Shown: positions 1 through 9,762 of the stretch, piece by piece | Layout: each line of letters opens with the position of its first letter | How positions within the stretch are numbered: position 1 is the stretch's first letter | DNA from: an uncultured Candidatus Poseidoniales archaeon | GTDB lineage: Archaea > Thermoplasmatota > Poseidoniia > Poseidoniales > CAYMED01 | Length of the DNA stretch: 24,950 nucleotides | Assembly (NCBI GenBank): GCA_964389655.1 | Contig: CAYMED010000025.1 | Span: 1-24,950, forward strand | Direction of reading: 5' to 3' | The notes under the pieces: model-generated | Seen by the model: only the letters and a program-made list of their open reading frames with translations | Told to the model about the DNA's origin: nothing | The model's database searches: none | Program-made: the position numbers and the translations under genes

Positions 1-98
1 GTCGGCCAGGTCGCGATGGACAGACACGTCCACGTAGCCGGCGACCCGGGCCGCCACCGCCAACCGGCCGGTCAAGTAGGGTGCCCACAACAGCACCA

Positions 99-407
99 CC
101 CCCCCCCCCCTTTGATCAGATTTCCATCGGGCGAAATTTCATCTGCCCCGTCAATACACAGGTCGAGACGACCAGTAGGCGGAAGGTCAATGAGGGGGAT
201 ACCCAATTCCTGAGAGAGGTCAATCGTCATTTGACTTGTCGCCACACCAACAATGCTCAGGTCATCTTCTCTAATCCGCTCTGCCAAGCGGATCAAGGCA
301 TGCTTCACGGTAGAACCAGTTCCCAAGCCTAAAGTCATGCCATCCTCGACTCGCTCGGCGGCAGCCCGCCCACAGGCTCTCTTTAGGGCTTCAATAGAGA
401 TGTCCAT
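99..407 (-). CDS. rpiA: Ribose-5-phosphate isomerase A, N-terminal half only (truncated at the C12 tract, 99-110)
   Basis: RpiA motifs GLGTGST, VATS and DGADEI...NLIKGGGG are present. The expected ALLREK continuation is not found in any frame beyond the poly-G run. Confidence 0.9.
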
Positions 408-486
408 GCTTAGCCCTAGAAGTTTAGGACCATATTGCTTCCCAACAAGCCGCAGGCCTCATGTCCTAACATTGCTCCGGCCAAGC

Positions 487-3480
487 ATGGGAGGCACGCA
501 TTTGGGCTGCTTGCGCACTTCAATTGCCCTCCTGTTGATTCTATTTATCTCGGCTTTAGGTCCATTAGGAACAATCACACCCAAACACCTACCACATATA
601 TCTGCAAAGTCAGCATCAACTCTTGAGATCACAGTGAATAACGCCTCCACAACCCTAACGCCTTCGCAGACTTGGGTTGAAGTTCAGGCCACGCATCAAT
701 GGACCACAGATAATCCACAATGGGTAGCTTTTGAGTTTACAGGCACGAACAAGACCGTCCAAGTATACTGTAACCAAAATGGAAATACTCTCGAAATAAT
801 CCAAGGACCTACCAACCTGCTCAACGCACCTCCCGAAGGAATGTGTACTGTATCCCACATACAAGGGGATGCACTGATAGGAAAAATTCGATTCCAAGTA
901 AATTCATCTTGGGATGATGAAGATGATCTAGACATAAGTGGATGGATTGAATTAGGCGATGGAACACTTAGCACTAGGCGCACACAGAAGCTGGGAGTTG
1001 CCGGAACCCAAGGCGTTGAAAATGACTTAGTCATGATCCCTTATGCGCGTAGCGGGTCTGAAGTTACTGTTCCATACCAACTTGTTGATGATCAGGGAAG
1101 AGACATTGGGGAAGATCAATCACAACTCAAGGCAGGAACTGAAATCGGAGCACATGTTCGCCTAGGTTTTGAAAATGTGGAAGAAACATTGCACCCAAGG
1201 AATGGGGAGGTACTTGTCGAATTGTTGGCGAATGGAGCACCAGTAGCAAACACGACCTCAATATCTGAAGGATGGGCGAATCTGACTTGGACCCTGCCCC
1301 CCCAGAATGGGGCGATGACACTCGGAGTCTCGATAACACCCCTGTATGGGGGTGAACATGTTTCGCACTTTGAAACCTCAAGATCATTCCTAGTCGATAG
1401 TAGTCAACCTATTCTAATTGGTTGTCAGTTCACGCCAGGAAATTCAACACTCTCGGAAACTGGCCATCGTGAGGCATCCACACAACAAGGAATCGAATGC
1501 ACAATTGCCGACCTACCAAATCTTCCTAGGGATGTTTATCTAAATCTCTGGCGTGTATTCGAAGAAGACACAAATCCTTCAGATGGAATTGCTCAAGCGA
1601 GTGAATTCATACAAATCCCCATGACAACCCCTACAGAACTCGATAATGTGACGAATGGGACTTATACCGCCACATGGGATGATTCCGCTGCATTTGCCGG
1701 AGATTTAGTTATAGGTTGGTTTAGCGGAGAAGATAATGCAGGAAACTCGCTTCGTGATGGCGGCGGCCCTGAGCATGCCGAACGCTACTTTGAGTACCGG
1801 GTTCAATCTGACCGAGCACCCGTAATCGATGCGGATGCTGCTCAATTGCTGGATGGGGATGATGAGTCAGGGCCATGGTTACACCCTGATCGAACATATA
1901 CATTCGTAATACCCATAGAAGAACCGAATGGACTCATGGACCTATCTCTAATCAATATCTCACTCGATGGAAATGACCCGAATGATTCACTGGCCGTTCG
2001 ATGGGAACCTGGTAAGAACACCTGCGGAACAGAAACTACGCGGATCGAAATAATTGACTGCAAATTGGTCGGTTCTGATGGTGCCGCAGATAAATTTACA
2101 GAGGACGTTGAATTTGTAGTGGAAATCAGAATACCTTGGGATTTCCCTCAGGTCGAGAGATGGAGAGAACCAAGAGTTAGAGTCATTGACAAAGAGCAGA
2201 AGGAGGACTTTGTAAGTCTTCGAGATCTTCGCTGGCGATTCTCCCCGGAATTAGGAATAATTGCTGAAAGTATCGATATTCAGGCAAGTTCGGGGACGAT
2301 TGTTGGGCTCGACGCATGGGTACGTCCTGGAACTGAAATCGAATTATCAGGCTCTGTTAGGTGGACTCAAAGCCTTCAGATTCCACGAGAGCCTATTGAC
2401 CTCCTAGCAATTCTTGGAACCAATCGAACAACACATGTAACTGAAAACGGATCTTTTCAGATAGTGCTGATTGCGCCAACTACAAGTGAAACATTGCCGC
2501 TATTATGTGAACTGGCCAACCTCCCTTTCGGCGGGATTGATGAAACAATACCCGAGCTTGCACTTCGTTGGATCGTAGTGGATGCAGGTGGACCAATTCC
2601 TGCTGAACCTACATCACCTAGGAGTGGCGGACAGCTGCATCCAACTGATCTCGAGCACATTGAAGTGCAATGGACCATTCAAGAAGATGGAAGGCTCGAT
2701 CCATCATCGGTTTTCCTTCAATGGCGGCTTGTAGAAGTAAGTGGGCCAGAGGAGGAAATCATTTTACAAGGGGTCGAGGAAGTTAATCTCCCACAAATCA
2801 TCTCGGGATTGGCAATTCCGGCAAATGCAACTATTTCGACCAAAGATATGCTACCTCCGGGATTCGGGAACCTGCCCGCACGGCTGGAAGTATGGGTGAC
2901 CGGCGTTGACGTTGCGGGTAATGAAATCATCTCTAATTGGGAGATGAATAGCAAGCAAGCACCCCTTGGATTGTGGACGATTTACCACCGCCAAGCTGAA
3001 TTCCAGGTTACTAGGGATGACATCGCACTTTCAAAAACAGGGATCATCAAAACATCTGAACCAATCACCATCGTAATTGATACGCACAATGTTGGCGAAC
3101 GCGATGGTGATGTAGAAGTGGAGGTGTTTGCACGAAGGGCTGGCGAGCCCCTAGACGATCCAATCGACTTGCAGCGCTTGACAATTCCCAGTGGAGGGGA
3201 GAAAAAATTTCAGTCCACATGGACTCCAAAAAGTACAGGCACATGGCTCGTCGTCGTGAAGTTAGAGGATGGAACTGAGGTTTCATCATCACCTCTCGTC
3301 ATCATACCCAAGGAAGAAAAAACGCAAAAAGGTGCCTTAGCAGAAGTTCAGCCGGCTTATTTATGGGTAATTGCTGGACAAATGCTGCTGCTAGTGGCTA
3401 TACTTGTTGCGGCATTTTTGATGCGTCAGCCCTCTGAATCGATTTGGGGGGATGAAATTGAGGATGCCTACGAAGATTAA
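487..3480 (+). CDS. Large secreted, membrane-anchored surface glycoprotein with Ig-like/CARDB-like beta domains
   Basis: Start moved to ATG 487 because the upstream part of the ORF overlaps rpiA. Hydrophobic signal segment (IALLLILFISALG), acidic beta-rich body, many N-x-S/T sequons, CARDB-like segment (ITIVIDTHNVGERDG...STWTP..GTWLVVV), C-terminal TM helix plus acidic tail. Confidence 0.8.
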   Translation: MGGTHLGCLRTSIALLLILFISALGPLGTITPKHLPHISAKSASTLEITVNNASTTLTPSQTWVEVQATHQWTTDNPQWVAFEFTGTNKTVQVYCNQNGNTLEIIQGPTNLLNAPPEGMCTVSHIQGDALIGKIRFQVNSSWDDEDDLDISGWIELGDGTLSTRRTQKLGVAGTQGVENDLVMIPYARSGSEVTVPYQLVDDQGRDIGEDQSQLKAGTEIGAHVRLGFENVEETLHPRNGEVLVELLANGAPVANTTSISEGWANLTWTLPPQNGAMTLGVSITPLYGGEHVSHFETSRSFLVDSSQPILIGCQFTPGNSTLSETGHREASTQQGIECTIADLPNLPRDVYLNLWRVFEEDTNPSDGIAQASEFIQIPMTTPTELDNVTNGTYTATWDDSAAFAGDLVIGWFSGEDNAGNSLRDGGGPEHAERYFEYRVQSDRAPVIDADAAQLLDGDDESGPWLHPDRTYTFVIPIEEPNGLMDLSLINISLDGNDPNDSLAVRWEPGKNTCGTETTRIEIIDCKLVGSDGAADKFTEDVEFVVEIRIPWDFPQVERWREPRVRVIDKEQKEDFVSLRDLRWRFSPELGIIAESIDIQASSGTIVGLDAWVRPGTEIELSGSVRWTQSLQIPREPIDLLAILGTNRTTHVTENGSFQIVLIAPTTSETLPLLCELANLPFGGIDETIPELALRWIVVDAGGPIPAEPTSPRSGGQLHPTDLEHIEVQWTIQEDGRLDPSSVFLQWRLVEVSGPEEEIILQGVEEVNLPQIISGLAIPANATISTKDMLPPGFGNLPARLEVWVTGVDVAGNEIISNWEMNSKQAPLGLWTIYHRQAEFQVTRDDIALSKTGIIKTSEPITIVIDTHNVGERDGDVEVEVFARRAGEPLDDPIDLQRLTIPSGGEKKFQSTWTPKSTGTWLVVVKLEDGTEVSSSPLVIIPKEEKTQKGALAEVQPAYLWVIAGQMLLLVAILVAAFLMRQPSESIWGDEIEDAYED

Positions 3481-3565
3481 ATGAGGCATCTGACAAATTA
3501 ATAGTCAATCAGGCACCGTGAGATAAGATAGGCAAGCATATTGGCAAGTTTCTCAGCGGCAACAT

Positions 3566-4237
3566 ATGCCAATAGCAGTAGTCAGCGGGGCCAATCGCGG
3601 ATTAGGACTTGAATGGACTAGACAACTCCTAGACAAGGGCTGGAAAGTTCATGCAGGATTCCGCTCAGAATTAGGTGAACTCAAGGAGCTCGAGGATGCT
3701 TGCCACCATCAACTAGATGTATCATCTCAAGAATCAATTAGCTCATTTGTTGAGAAAATAGGGGACCGAGTAGATTTGCTGATCAATAATGCTGGAATTG
3801 CTCATGAAAGATGGCAGTCAGTATCTGAAATTAATTTCGTAGAGACCATGAAAGTAATCGATATCAATTCACTTGGTCCAATAAGAATGACTGCTGCCCT
3901 GCTGCCTAAAATGGGAGGGAAGATCATGAGTACCGTTGCAATGATTACGAGTTTAATGGGATCAGTGGGTGATTGTGCTAGTGGAAAATCTTATGCATAT
4001 AGGGCATCAAAATCGGCACTCAACATGTTTAGCATTGCCATGAAGAATGAGTTGCGGAGTTCAAATATCAGTATTATACTCGTGCACCCGGGATGGGTGA
4101 AGACGGACATGGGCGGACCTAATGCTCTGATCACGCCGAGAGAAAGTACTTGTGAGATGATTAAGAGAGTAGAAGAGCAGACATTGGATATGACTGGAAG
4201 GTTCATCCAATATGACGGAAAAGCGCTGCCATGGTAA
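3566..4237 (+). CDS. Short-chain dehydrogenase/reductase, CsgA/C-factor-like
   Basis: SGANRGLG Rossmann motif, LLINNAG, catalytic YRASK, HPGWVKTDMGG, C-terminal DGKALPW. Confidence 0.92.
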   Translation: MPIAVVSGANRGLGLEWTRQLLDKGWKVHAGFRSELGELKELEDACHHQLDVSSQESISSFVEKIGDRVDLLINNAGIAHERWQSVSEINFVETMKVIDINSLGPIRMTAALLPKMGGKIMSTVAMITSLMGSVGDCASGKSYAYRASKSALNMFSIAMKNELRSSNISIILVHPGWVKTDMGGPNALITPRESTCEMIKRVEEQTLDMTGRFIQYDGKALPW

Positions 4238-4242
4238 TCAAA

Positions 4243-4548
4243 CTGGGGTGCAGGGAATAAGCCCCTTTTTGTTCACCATCTAGGATGGCTGACCGCATTC
4301 AACTTAGCATCGTACCCGCCCCTAGTGGTGTACTTAAGGGACTGTTTCGATTCGCTTCAGCGGGGTTGTTCGTCTCATCACGAAATCGGCGACCTCCTCT
4401 TTTCAGATTCATTGCCCTCACCAACTCGCGTTCGTTTCTCATACAGCGCCGACCATCTCTGATCCCCAGATTGCCCCGAGCCGCTCACACCTTGAAGAGG
4501 GGACTTTCCTCAGGGTCGTACCCTGTCAGCGGTCCTCCTGCTCCCCAA
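4243..4548 (-). ncRNA. rnpB: Archaeal RNase P RNA
   Basis: Minus strand reads GGGGAGCAGG...GAGGAAAGTCC (CR-I)...AGAAACG...TGAGACG...GTTGAATG...AACAAAAAGGGGCTTA (CR-V)...CCTGCACCCC. Stems: P1 (ends pair), P2 GACCGC/GCGGTC, P3 CAGGGT-ACG-ACCCTG, P19-like CCATC-CTA-GATGG. Confidence 0.95.
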
Positions 4549-4569
4549 CTGCGAGAAGTGCCTCTAGAT

Positions 4570-7278
4570 TCAAAGCCTTCGGGGGGCAATCAATTCGGCT
4601 TCTGCAATTTCCGCTGTCAGGCCAAAGGCATCATCATCCTCATACCAAGGTCCAAAACCACTAATCCGTGAAGCAAGTGTCCGCTCACCCGAGATCAGTG
4701 CAGGCAGTACAAGTACACTAGAGACAAACGCTAGGGCAATGAGTGCAATCATCAGAACAAAGAAATTGACTAAGCCTGGAAATGCTAGGAAAAAACCTGC
4801 AGAGAGGCCTGCAATTGTGGTCAACGAGGTCTCAAACACGACTTTCCCCGTACGCTCTACTGCTCTTTCTATACCCCTGGGTGTTTCACCTTCTTCGCGA
4901 ATGCGCTCAGCGATATGTATTGCATCATCAACTCCTATGCCAAGAACGATCGTACCAATCATTGCAGTGAATATGTTGACATTTACTTCACCCTGCCACA
5001 TCAACAAGGGTTGCCAAAGTACGATAATACCGACTGGCGCCATAATCAGGAGAGCGCCTCTAAAAGAGCGGCGTACGACAAGAAGAGCGGCAAAAAGAGA
5101 GATTAAGGTGAAGATGGTTGTCCGTGATTGCGCATCATGGATCCCTTTGTCAACGTCAAGAGAAACTGGAAGGCCACCTGTGAGACGGGAGACTTGAACT
5201 TCAGGAAGACCTTCCCAATTGGTCAATTTCTCGTCAATCTGATCGCGTAATCCCCCTGCTATTATCAAGTTCATATAGCGCTGATTTACGTATACAAGTG
5301 AGCGCTCTTCATCTTCATCGAGCAAGAGTGCACGCACTTCATCAGAAAGAGTATCTAGTGAAACATCTACAAGATCAGCACGCCATCCCGCGCGCTGATT
5401 CGGATCAGTAAGGTCAAGTGCCACCCATGCTGAACAGTCAAGGTCATTCGACTCCCAGCATTTGTGATGCAGCAAACCCCAAAGGCTGTCCTCAAGCACA
5501 ATTCCGCTAAAATTCAATTCCACATGTATGCTTTTTAGAAAGGCGACGACAGAAGTGGTGTTAGTCGATTGTACTCTATCAATTTCACTTTCAATGTGGT
5601 CAATTGAATCGAGGACTGCAAGATCACGTATGGGAGTGGTTCCATTGGCACCCCCACGTTTACTCGCGTTGACAATGAACATGCTAATCTGGCCAGACTG
5701 GAATTCTCGAGAATATTGCTTCATTGCCTCCATCGACGGGATATTCTCAGGCGTCTCAGAGGCAGCAGTAATGGGTTTTCCTAATTGTTCAGATAACATG
5801 GAACCAGAAGCCGCACTGATGAGGACAACTACGATAAGAATGGGCGCCCATCTTCGGACTGGAAAACGGCCAAGAGAGGTCCACCTCACTACACGTTCCG
5901 AGCGCTGATATCGAAGCAATGAAATCATAACTGGAACTAGGATGATACTCAATACCAAATCGACTGCAATGCCGATCACCAATGTCATGCCAACTGTGCG
6001 CATTGGGGGAATTGGTGTGAGGAATGGAACAATTAGCATTCCAAAACCGATGATGGTCGTGCCAGCAGATAAGACCACAGCGCGCCCAGTCGTGAGAGTT
6101 GAGCGAACTGCTGATTCGACTATGACATCAAAATCCCAGGCATCTCGAAGATTATCTGAGCTCTCAATGAGTTCAATCCTAGCCTCCTCAAATCGACTCG
6201 CAAGATGCAAGGCATAATCAACTCCGAGACCTATCAAAATTGGAGCTGCGGCAATTATCATTGGAGTAAGAAGAATGTCAAGAGCAACTGTCAGTCCGAG
6301 TGTGATTGCGAGGCTGAGAACAACAGGCACCCCCGTAATTAGCACAATTCTCGGATCACGATGTAGGGCCGCCAATACCAATACCACGAAGGCGAGGGAA
6401 ATTGGCATCATGTGCTGAAGGTCGTCATAAATTCTATCAGACACATCATTGAGAATCTTTCCCAATCCAGTTACCTCCATCTGAGTCAGTGGGTCTTTAG
6501 CACGATTCTCAATCACAACATCTAGGTAGGAAGAAAAGTCCCTACCATCAATAAACTCGGTAGTGCAATCTTCACACTGCATGTCGTGTATTAACCCAAA
6601 TGCTATCGCGGTGGTGTCCCATATTCCATCACCATTTGTGTCAACAGCTAGGCTTGAGAGGGACTCGGAAAGTTGCCCCACTGTACGGTCCACACGATCT
6701 TGGTCCGGTATTGAATAGGAGGTATCGTCCTGCTCCACCAATGAACAATCAACGAAAGTAAGCCTTGATTCTAAACCATGTGAGCAAGATGCCTGACGAA
6801 ACCGAACATCGCTACTATTTGCCTCCTTGATAACTTGTGAAATCGAGAGTACCCAAATTACGCCATCATTTCTTCCGCGGTCCGAACGATCCCAATCAAT
6901 TCCCGCTGCAGGACCTGACCCCGAAATTCGGTCATCACCTTCAACCCGGCTAATTTCTTCAAGGACAGCTACGTTGGTGACATTGTGCCCAACGCCCCCA
7001 CCGAGTGCCCGATTATCAGTTGTGATATAAACAATCATGACGTCAGTGGTCCAAGATTCACGCACTTCTGCCAAGAGGTCTGTCGATTCAGCACCATCTG
7101 GAAGATAAATTTCCACTTCCCCTTCAATCTGATCACCGAAGTCAAGTGCTAGCCAACCCAGCCAAGATGATCCAAGCAGGACAAGCAATAGGATTGCGGC
7201 GGGTGTACGCAAGACGGTTGACATTACTCGCCTCGTAGGCTCTTCAAGCCAGTCGGCAGGGCGGTCTCGATCCCCCAT
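4570..7278 (-). CDS. MMPL/RND superfamily transporter
   Basis: 902 aa with two repeats of (TM + large external loop + 5 TM). RND signature segments GLGVDYALH and GIGVDDAIH. Confidence 0.9.
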   Translation of the reverse strand: MGDRDRPADWLEEPTRRVMSTVLRTPAAILLLVLLGSSWLGWLALDFGDQIEGEVEIYLPDGAESTDLLAEVRESWTTDVMIVYITTDNRALGGGVGHNVTNVAVLEEISRVEGDDRISGSGPAAGIDWDRSDRGRNDGVIWVLSISQVIKEANSSDVRFRQASCSHGLESRLTFVDCSLVEQDDTSYSIPDQDRVDRTVGQLSESLSSLAVDTNGDGIWDTTAIAFGLIHDMQCEDCTTEFIDGRDFSSYLDVVIENRAKDPLTQMEVTGLGKILNDVSDRIYDDLQHMMPISLAFVVLVLAALHRDPRIVLITGVPVVLSLAITLGLTVALDILLTPMIIAAAPILIGLGVDYALHLASRFEEARIELIESSDNLRDAWDFDVIVESAVRSTLTTGRAVVLSAGTTIIGFGMLIVPFLTPIPPMRTVGMTLVIGIAVDLVLSIILVPVMISLLRYQRSERVVRWTSLGRFPVRRWAPILIVVVLISAASGSMLSEQLGKPITAASETPENIPSMEAMKQYSREFQSGQISMFIVNASKRGGANGTTPIRDLAVLDSIDHIESEIDRVQSTNTTSVVAFLKSIHVELNFSGIVLEDSLWGLLHHKCWESNDLDCSAWVALDLTDPNQRAGWRADLVDVSLDTLSDEVRALLLDEDEERSLVYVNQRYMNLIIAGGLRDQIDEKLTNWEGLPEVQVSRLTGGLPVSLDVDKGIHDAQSRTTIFTLISLFAALLVVRRSFRGALLIMAPVGIIVLWQPLLMWQGEVNVNIFTAMIGTIVLGIGVDDAIHIAERIREEGETPRGIERAVERTGKVVFETSLTTIAGLSAGFFLAFPGLVNFFVLMIALIALAFVSSVLVLPALISGERTLASRISGFGPWYEDDDAFGLTAEIAEAELIAPRRL

Positions 7279-7325
7279 CAGAATAGAGCCACTGTATCAG
7301 TGGCATCAATTCACCGGCTCAGGTG

Positions 7326-8270
7326 TCATGTAATACCGAATTCACGGACGATAAGGCGGCGTAGGAGACCTCTCGCACCTTGAAGGACTAATCCCGTGAA
7401 AATCAGCGAGATCCCAAGAAGTCCTGCCCATACAGAGGTCACTCCTGGGCTTACTTCGATATTGGTGTAGCGCGAAACTTCATTGACAGCGCGCATGCCA
7501 AAGGCAGTACCTGCTGCAAGAAAGCCCATCCCTGGAAGTCCAAAAACAAGCATTGGCTTTTTCTGGGAAAGCGAAAGAAGTGCATATGAGAACACTGTGA
7601 ATCCATGTGATAGTGCTGTAAACCGGCTTCCTTTTGGGACGTCATAACGTACAACAATTGGAACTTCGACTAGACGCAGGTCTTTCTCCTTGGCATCTTC
7701 TAGAATTTCAAGGGACAATTCCATCCCATCGCTGTCAAACCGAAGGCGGTCAAGCGCACGGCGCCCAAATGCCCGAAAACCTGATTGTGTATCGGACACA
7801 TGAAGGTCACTAGAAAGATTTGAGGCTGCAGTAATCACCTTGATACCCAAACGGCGATAAGTTGGCATTTCATCTGACTGTACACCCTCTAGAAAGCGAG
7901 ATCCGATCACAACATCTGCGTCATCCCTCAAAATTGGTTCTAGCAATTTAGGGATGTCTGCGGGGTCATGTTGCCCATCAGAGTCGAGGAGGACTAGTGC
8001 TGTTGCGTTTCGCTCGCGGGCAAGGTGAAAGAGGGTTTTTAGTGCACCTCCATAGCCCTGATTAATCCTATGAAGGTGGACCACAGCGCCACAATCTCGC
8101 GCTACTGAAGCAGATGCATCAGAGGATCCATCGTCAACACAAATTACGGTATCTACATGGTCCTTTGATAGAGTAACGACTGTCCCAATTGTCTCTTCTT
8201 CGTTGAACATTGGCATGCCAACAATGACTTCCCCACCCGCAGGCTCATCCTCATCGGCGAGGGATTGCAC
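7326..8270 (-). CDS. GT2 glycosyltransferase, polyprenol-phosphate glycosyltransferase (DPM/GtrB-like) with 2 C-terminal TM helices
   Basis: MPMFNEE, VDDGSSD, NQGYGGAL, LDSDGQHDP, VIGSRF and DTQSGFRAF motifs. GTG start. Confidence 0.9.
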   Translation of the reverse strand: MQSLADEDEPAGGEVIVGMPMFNEEETIGTVVTLSKDHVDTVICVDDGSSDASASVARDCGAVVHLHRINQGYGGALKTLFHLARERNATALVLLDSDGQHDPADIPKLLEPILRDDADVVIGSRFLEGVQSDEMPTYRRLGIKVITAASNLSSDLHVSDTQSGFRAFGRRALDRLRFDSDGMELSLEILEDAKEKDLRLVEVPIVVRYDVPKGSRFTALSHGFTVFSYALLSLSQKKPMLVFGLPGMGFLAAGTAFGMRAVNEVSRYTNIEVSPGVTSVWAGLLGISLIFTGLVLQGARGLLRRLIVREFGIT

Positions 8271-8291
8271 TAGTTTCTCGGCTCAACGGGC

Positions 8292-8301
8292 GATATATAG
8301 T
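8292..8301 (-). promoter_or_regulatory. Putative archaeal TATA box for the GT2 gene (leaderless transcript)
   Basis: TATATAT on the minus strand about 25-30 nt upstream of the GTG at 8270. Confidence 0.45.
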
Positions 8302-8494
8302 GATTCGGCAATCAACGTGGGGAAGGAGTGCGATCAACTGTGCCTGAATTGACAAACAGTAGTTACAGACCGGTCCCCTTCCAACATAGACGTGTTTGAA
8401 ACTGAAAATGAAAAAGGGAGGTCAAGGTCCCAACTTGTGAAACGGAACCCAACCAAACGCAATGGTCAAGGGATAGATCAATGGCGCACGGCAT

Positions 8495-9442
8495 ATGCAT
8501 ACACTTGTGACCGGAGGGGCTGGTTTCATCGGGTCTCACATGGTCGACCAACTGATCATGAGAGGAGATGATGTTCGTATTCTCGACAACCTTTCGAGTG
8601 GGCGCCTTGAATTCATAAATGGGCACCTCAATGGAGATTCTGTAGAATTTCTAGAAGCAGATTTACTCAATCTTGAGGAAGTCACTGTAGCAATGAGGGG
8701 AGTTGATCGCGTGGTCCATCTGGCAGCAAACCCTGACATACGCTTAGGCACAGAAATCACGAATACTGATCTCGAGCAGGGCACAATCGCAACATACAAT
8801 GTCCTAGAAGCAATGCGCAGGTCGGGCGTTTCATCAATCGGTTTTGCATCATCATCGGCAGTATATGGTGAAGCAGTTGAGATGCCAACTTCCGAAACAT
8901 ACGGCCCCATGCTGCCCATAAGCCTCTATGGTGCATCAAAACTCGCTAGTGAGGCTTTATGCACGTCTTGGTCAGGGACATTTGGAATTCATTGCTGGAT
9001 TTGGAGATTCGCAAATATCGTTGGCCCAAGAGGGACACATGGAGTGATTTTTGACCTGATTCACAAGCTAAAACGAGATGATTCAGAACTAGAAGTTCTA
9101 GGGGACGGTCGTCAAGAAAAGTCATACATGTGGGTTGAAGACTGCGTTGATGCCATGCTCCATACCTTTGAATCGATGAGCGATGGAATCAACATCGTGA
9201 ATCTCGGAGCACCTGATACGTGTTCGGTGCGACGAATCGCTGAACTTGTGATCGAAGAATCAGGATTCTCTGACACACCCATTCGGTACACAGGGGGTAA
9301 CCGCGGCTGGGCAGGAGACGTCCCAAAAACATACCTTTCTGTGTCGAAATTAGACAGTACAGGGTATCGTGCACCAAATATGAGTGAAGATGCCATTCGA
9401 AATACGATACGCACTTTGATCATGGAAATTGGGCTTGATTAG
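8495..9442 (+). CDS. NAD-dependent NDP-sugar epimerase/dehydratase (UDP-glucose 4-epimerase-like)
   Basis: TGGAGFIGSH, HLAANP, ASSSAVYG, YGASK, RFANIVG, GDGRQEKSY, GWAGDV. Confidence 0.92.
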   Translation: MHTLVTGGAGFIGSHMVDQLIMRGDDVRILDNLSSGRLEFINGHLNGDSVEFLEADLLNLEEVTVAMRGVDRVVHLAANPDIRLGTEITNTDLEQGTIATYNVLEAMRRSGVSSIGFASSSAVYGEAVEMPTSETYGPMLPISLYGASKLASEALCTSWSGTFGIHCWIWRFANIVGPRGTHGVIFDLIHKLKRDDSELEVLGDGRQEKSYMWVEDCVDAMLHTFESMSDGINIVNLGAPDTCSVRRIAELVIEESGFSDTPIRYTGGNRGWAGDVPKTYLSVSKLDSTGYRAPNMSEDAIRNTIRTLIMEIGLD

Positions 9443-9757
9443 TCAGGAGTCCATGGCTGCCACCCAAAATAAGTCGTGTTCAGCGTCATCAATCGAATTC
9501 ACCATAAGAACTGCAACTTCTAGTCGACCTTCATTTGGGAACATGATTCGAACTTCTGCCTCGACCGCACGCACAATAGAGCGATTTTCCCCCCTAGGGA
9601 CGATTGTCAAGCAGCGGGTACGTTCACCGCTCATCGAACGGACTTCATATTCAACGATCAAGTCTGCATTTTTGTTCTCGGTGGGGTCTTCCATAGTGGC
9701 GTTCCTCTCAACTAGGAGTTTGTAGTGAAGGGATATGAAGTCCACGCCTTCTTGCAT
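9443..9757 (-). CDS. Small hypothetical protein (start may be ATG 9694)
   Basis: Fills the gap exactly: starts 5 nt after the upstream gene's stop, and its stop abuts the epimerase stop. Protein-like composition. Confidence 0.55.
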   Translation of the reverse strand: MQEGVDFISLHYKLLVERNATMEDPTENKNADLIVEYEVRSMSGERTRCLTIVPRGENRSIVRAVEAEVRIMFPNEGRLEVAVLMVNSIDDAEHDLFWVAAMDS

Positions 9758-9762
9758 CAGGA

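Noticed and set aside
99-110. C12 tract as a phase-variation switch in rpiA
   Set aside because: No reading frame restores RpiA beyond the tract, so a chimeric join fits better.
253-486. N-terminal extension of the 1075-aa ORF
   Set aside because: It overlaps rpiA on the opposite strand, and the signal peptide starts after 487.
4285-4671. 128-aa plus-strand ORF
   Set aside because: It is antisense to the RNase P RNA and the MMPL 3' end, so it is spurious.
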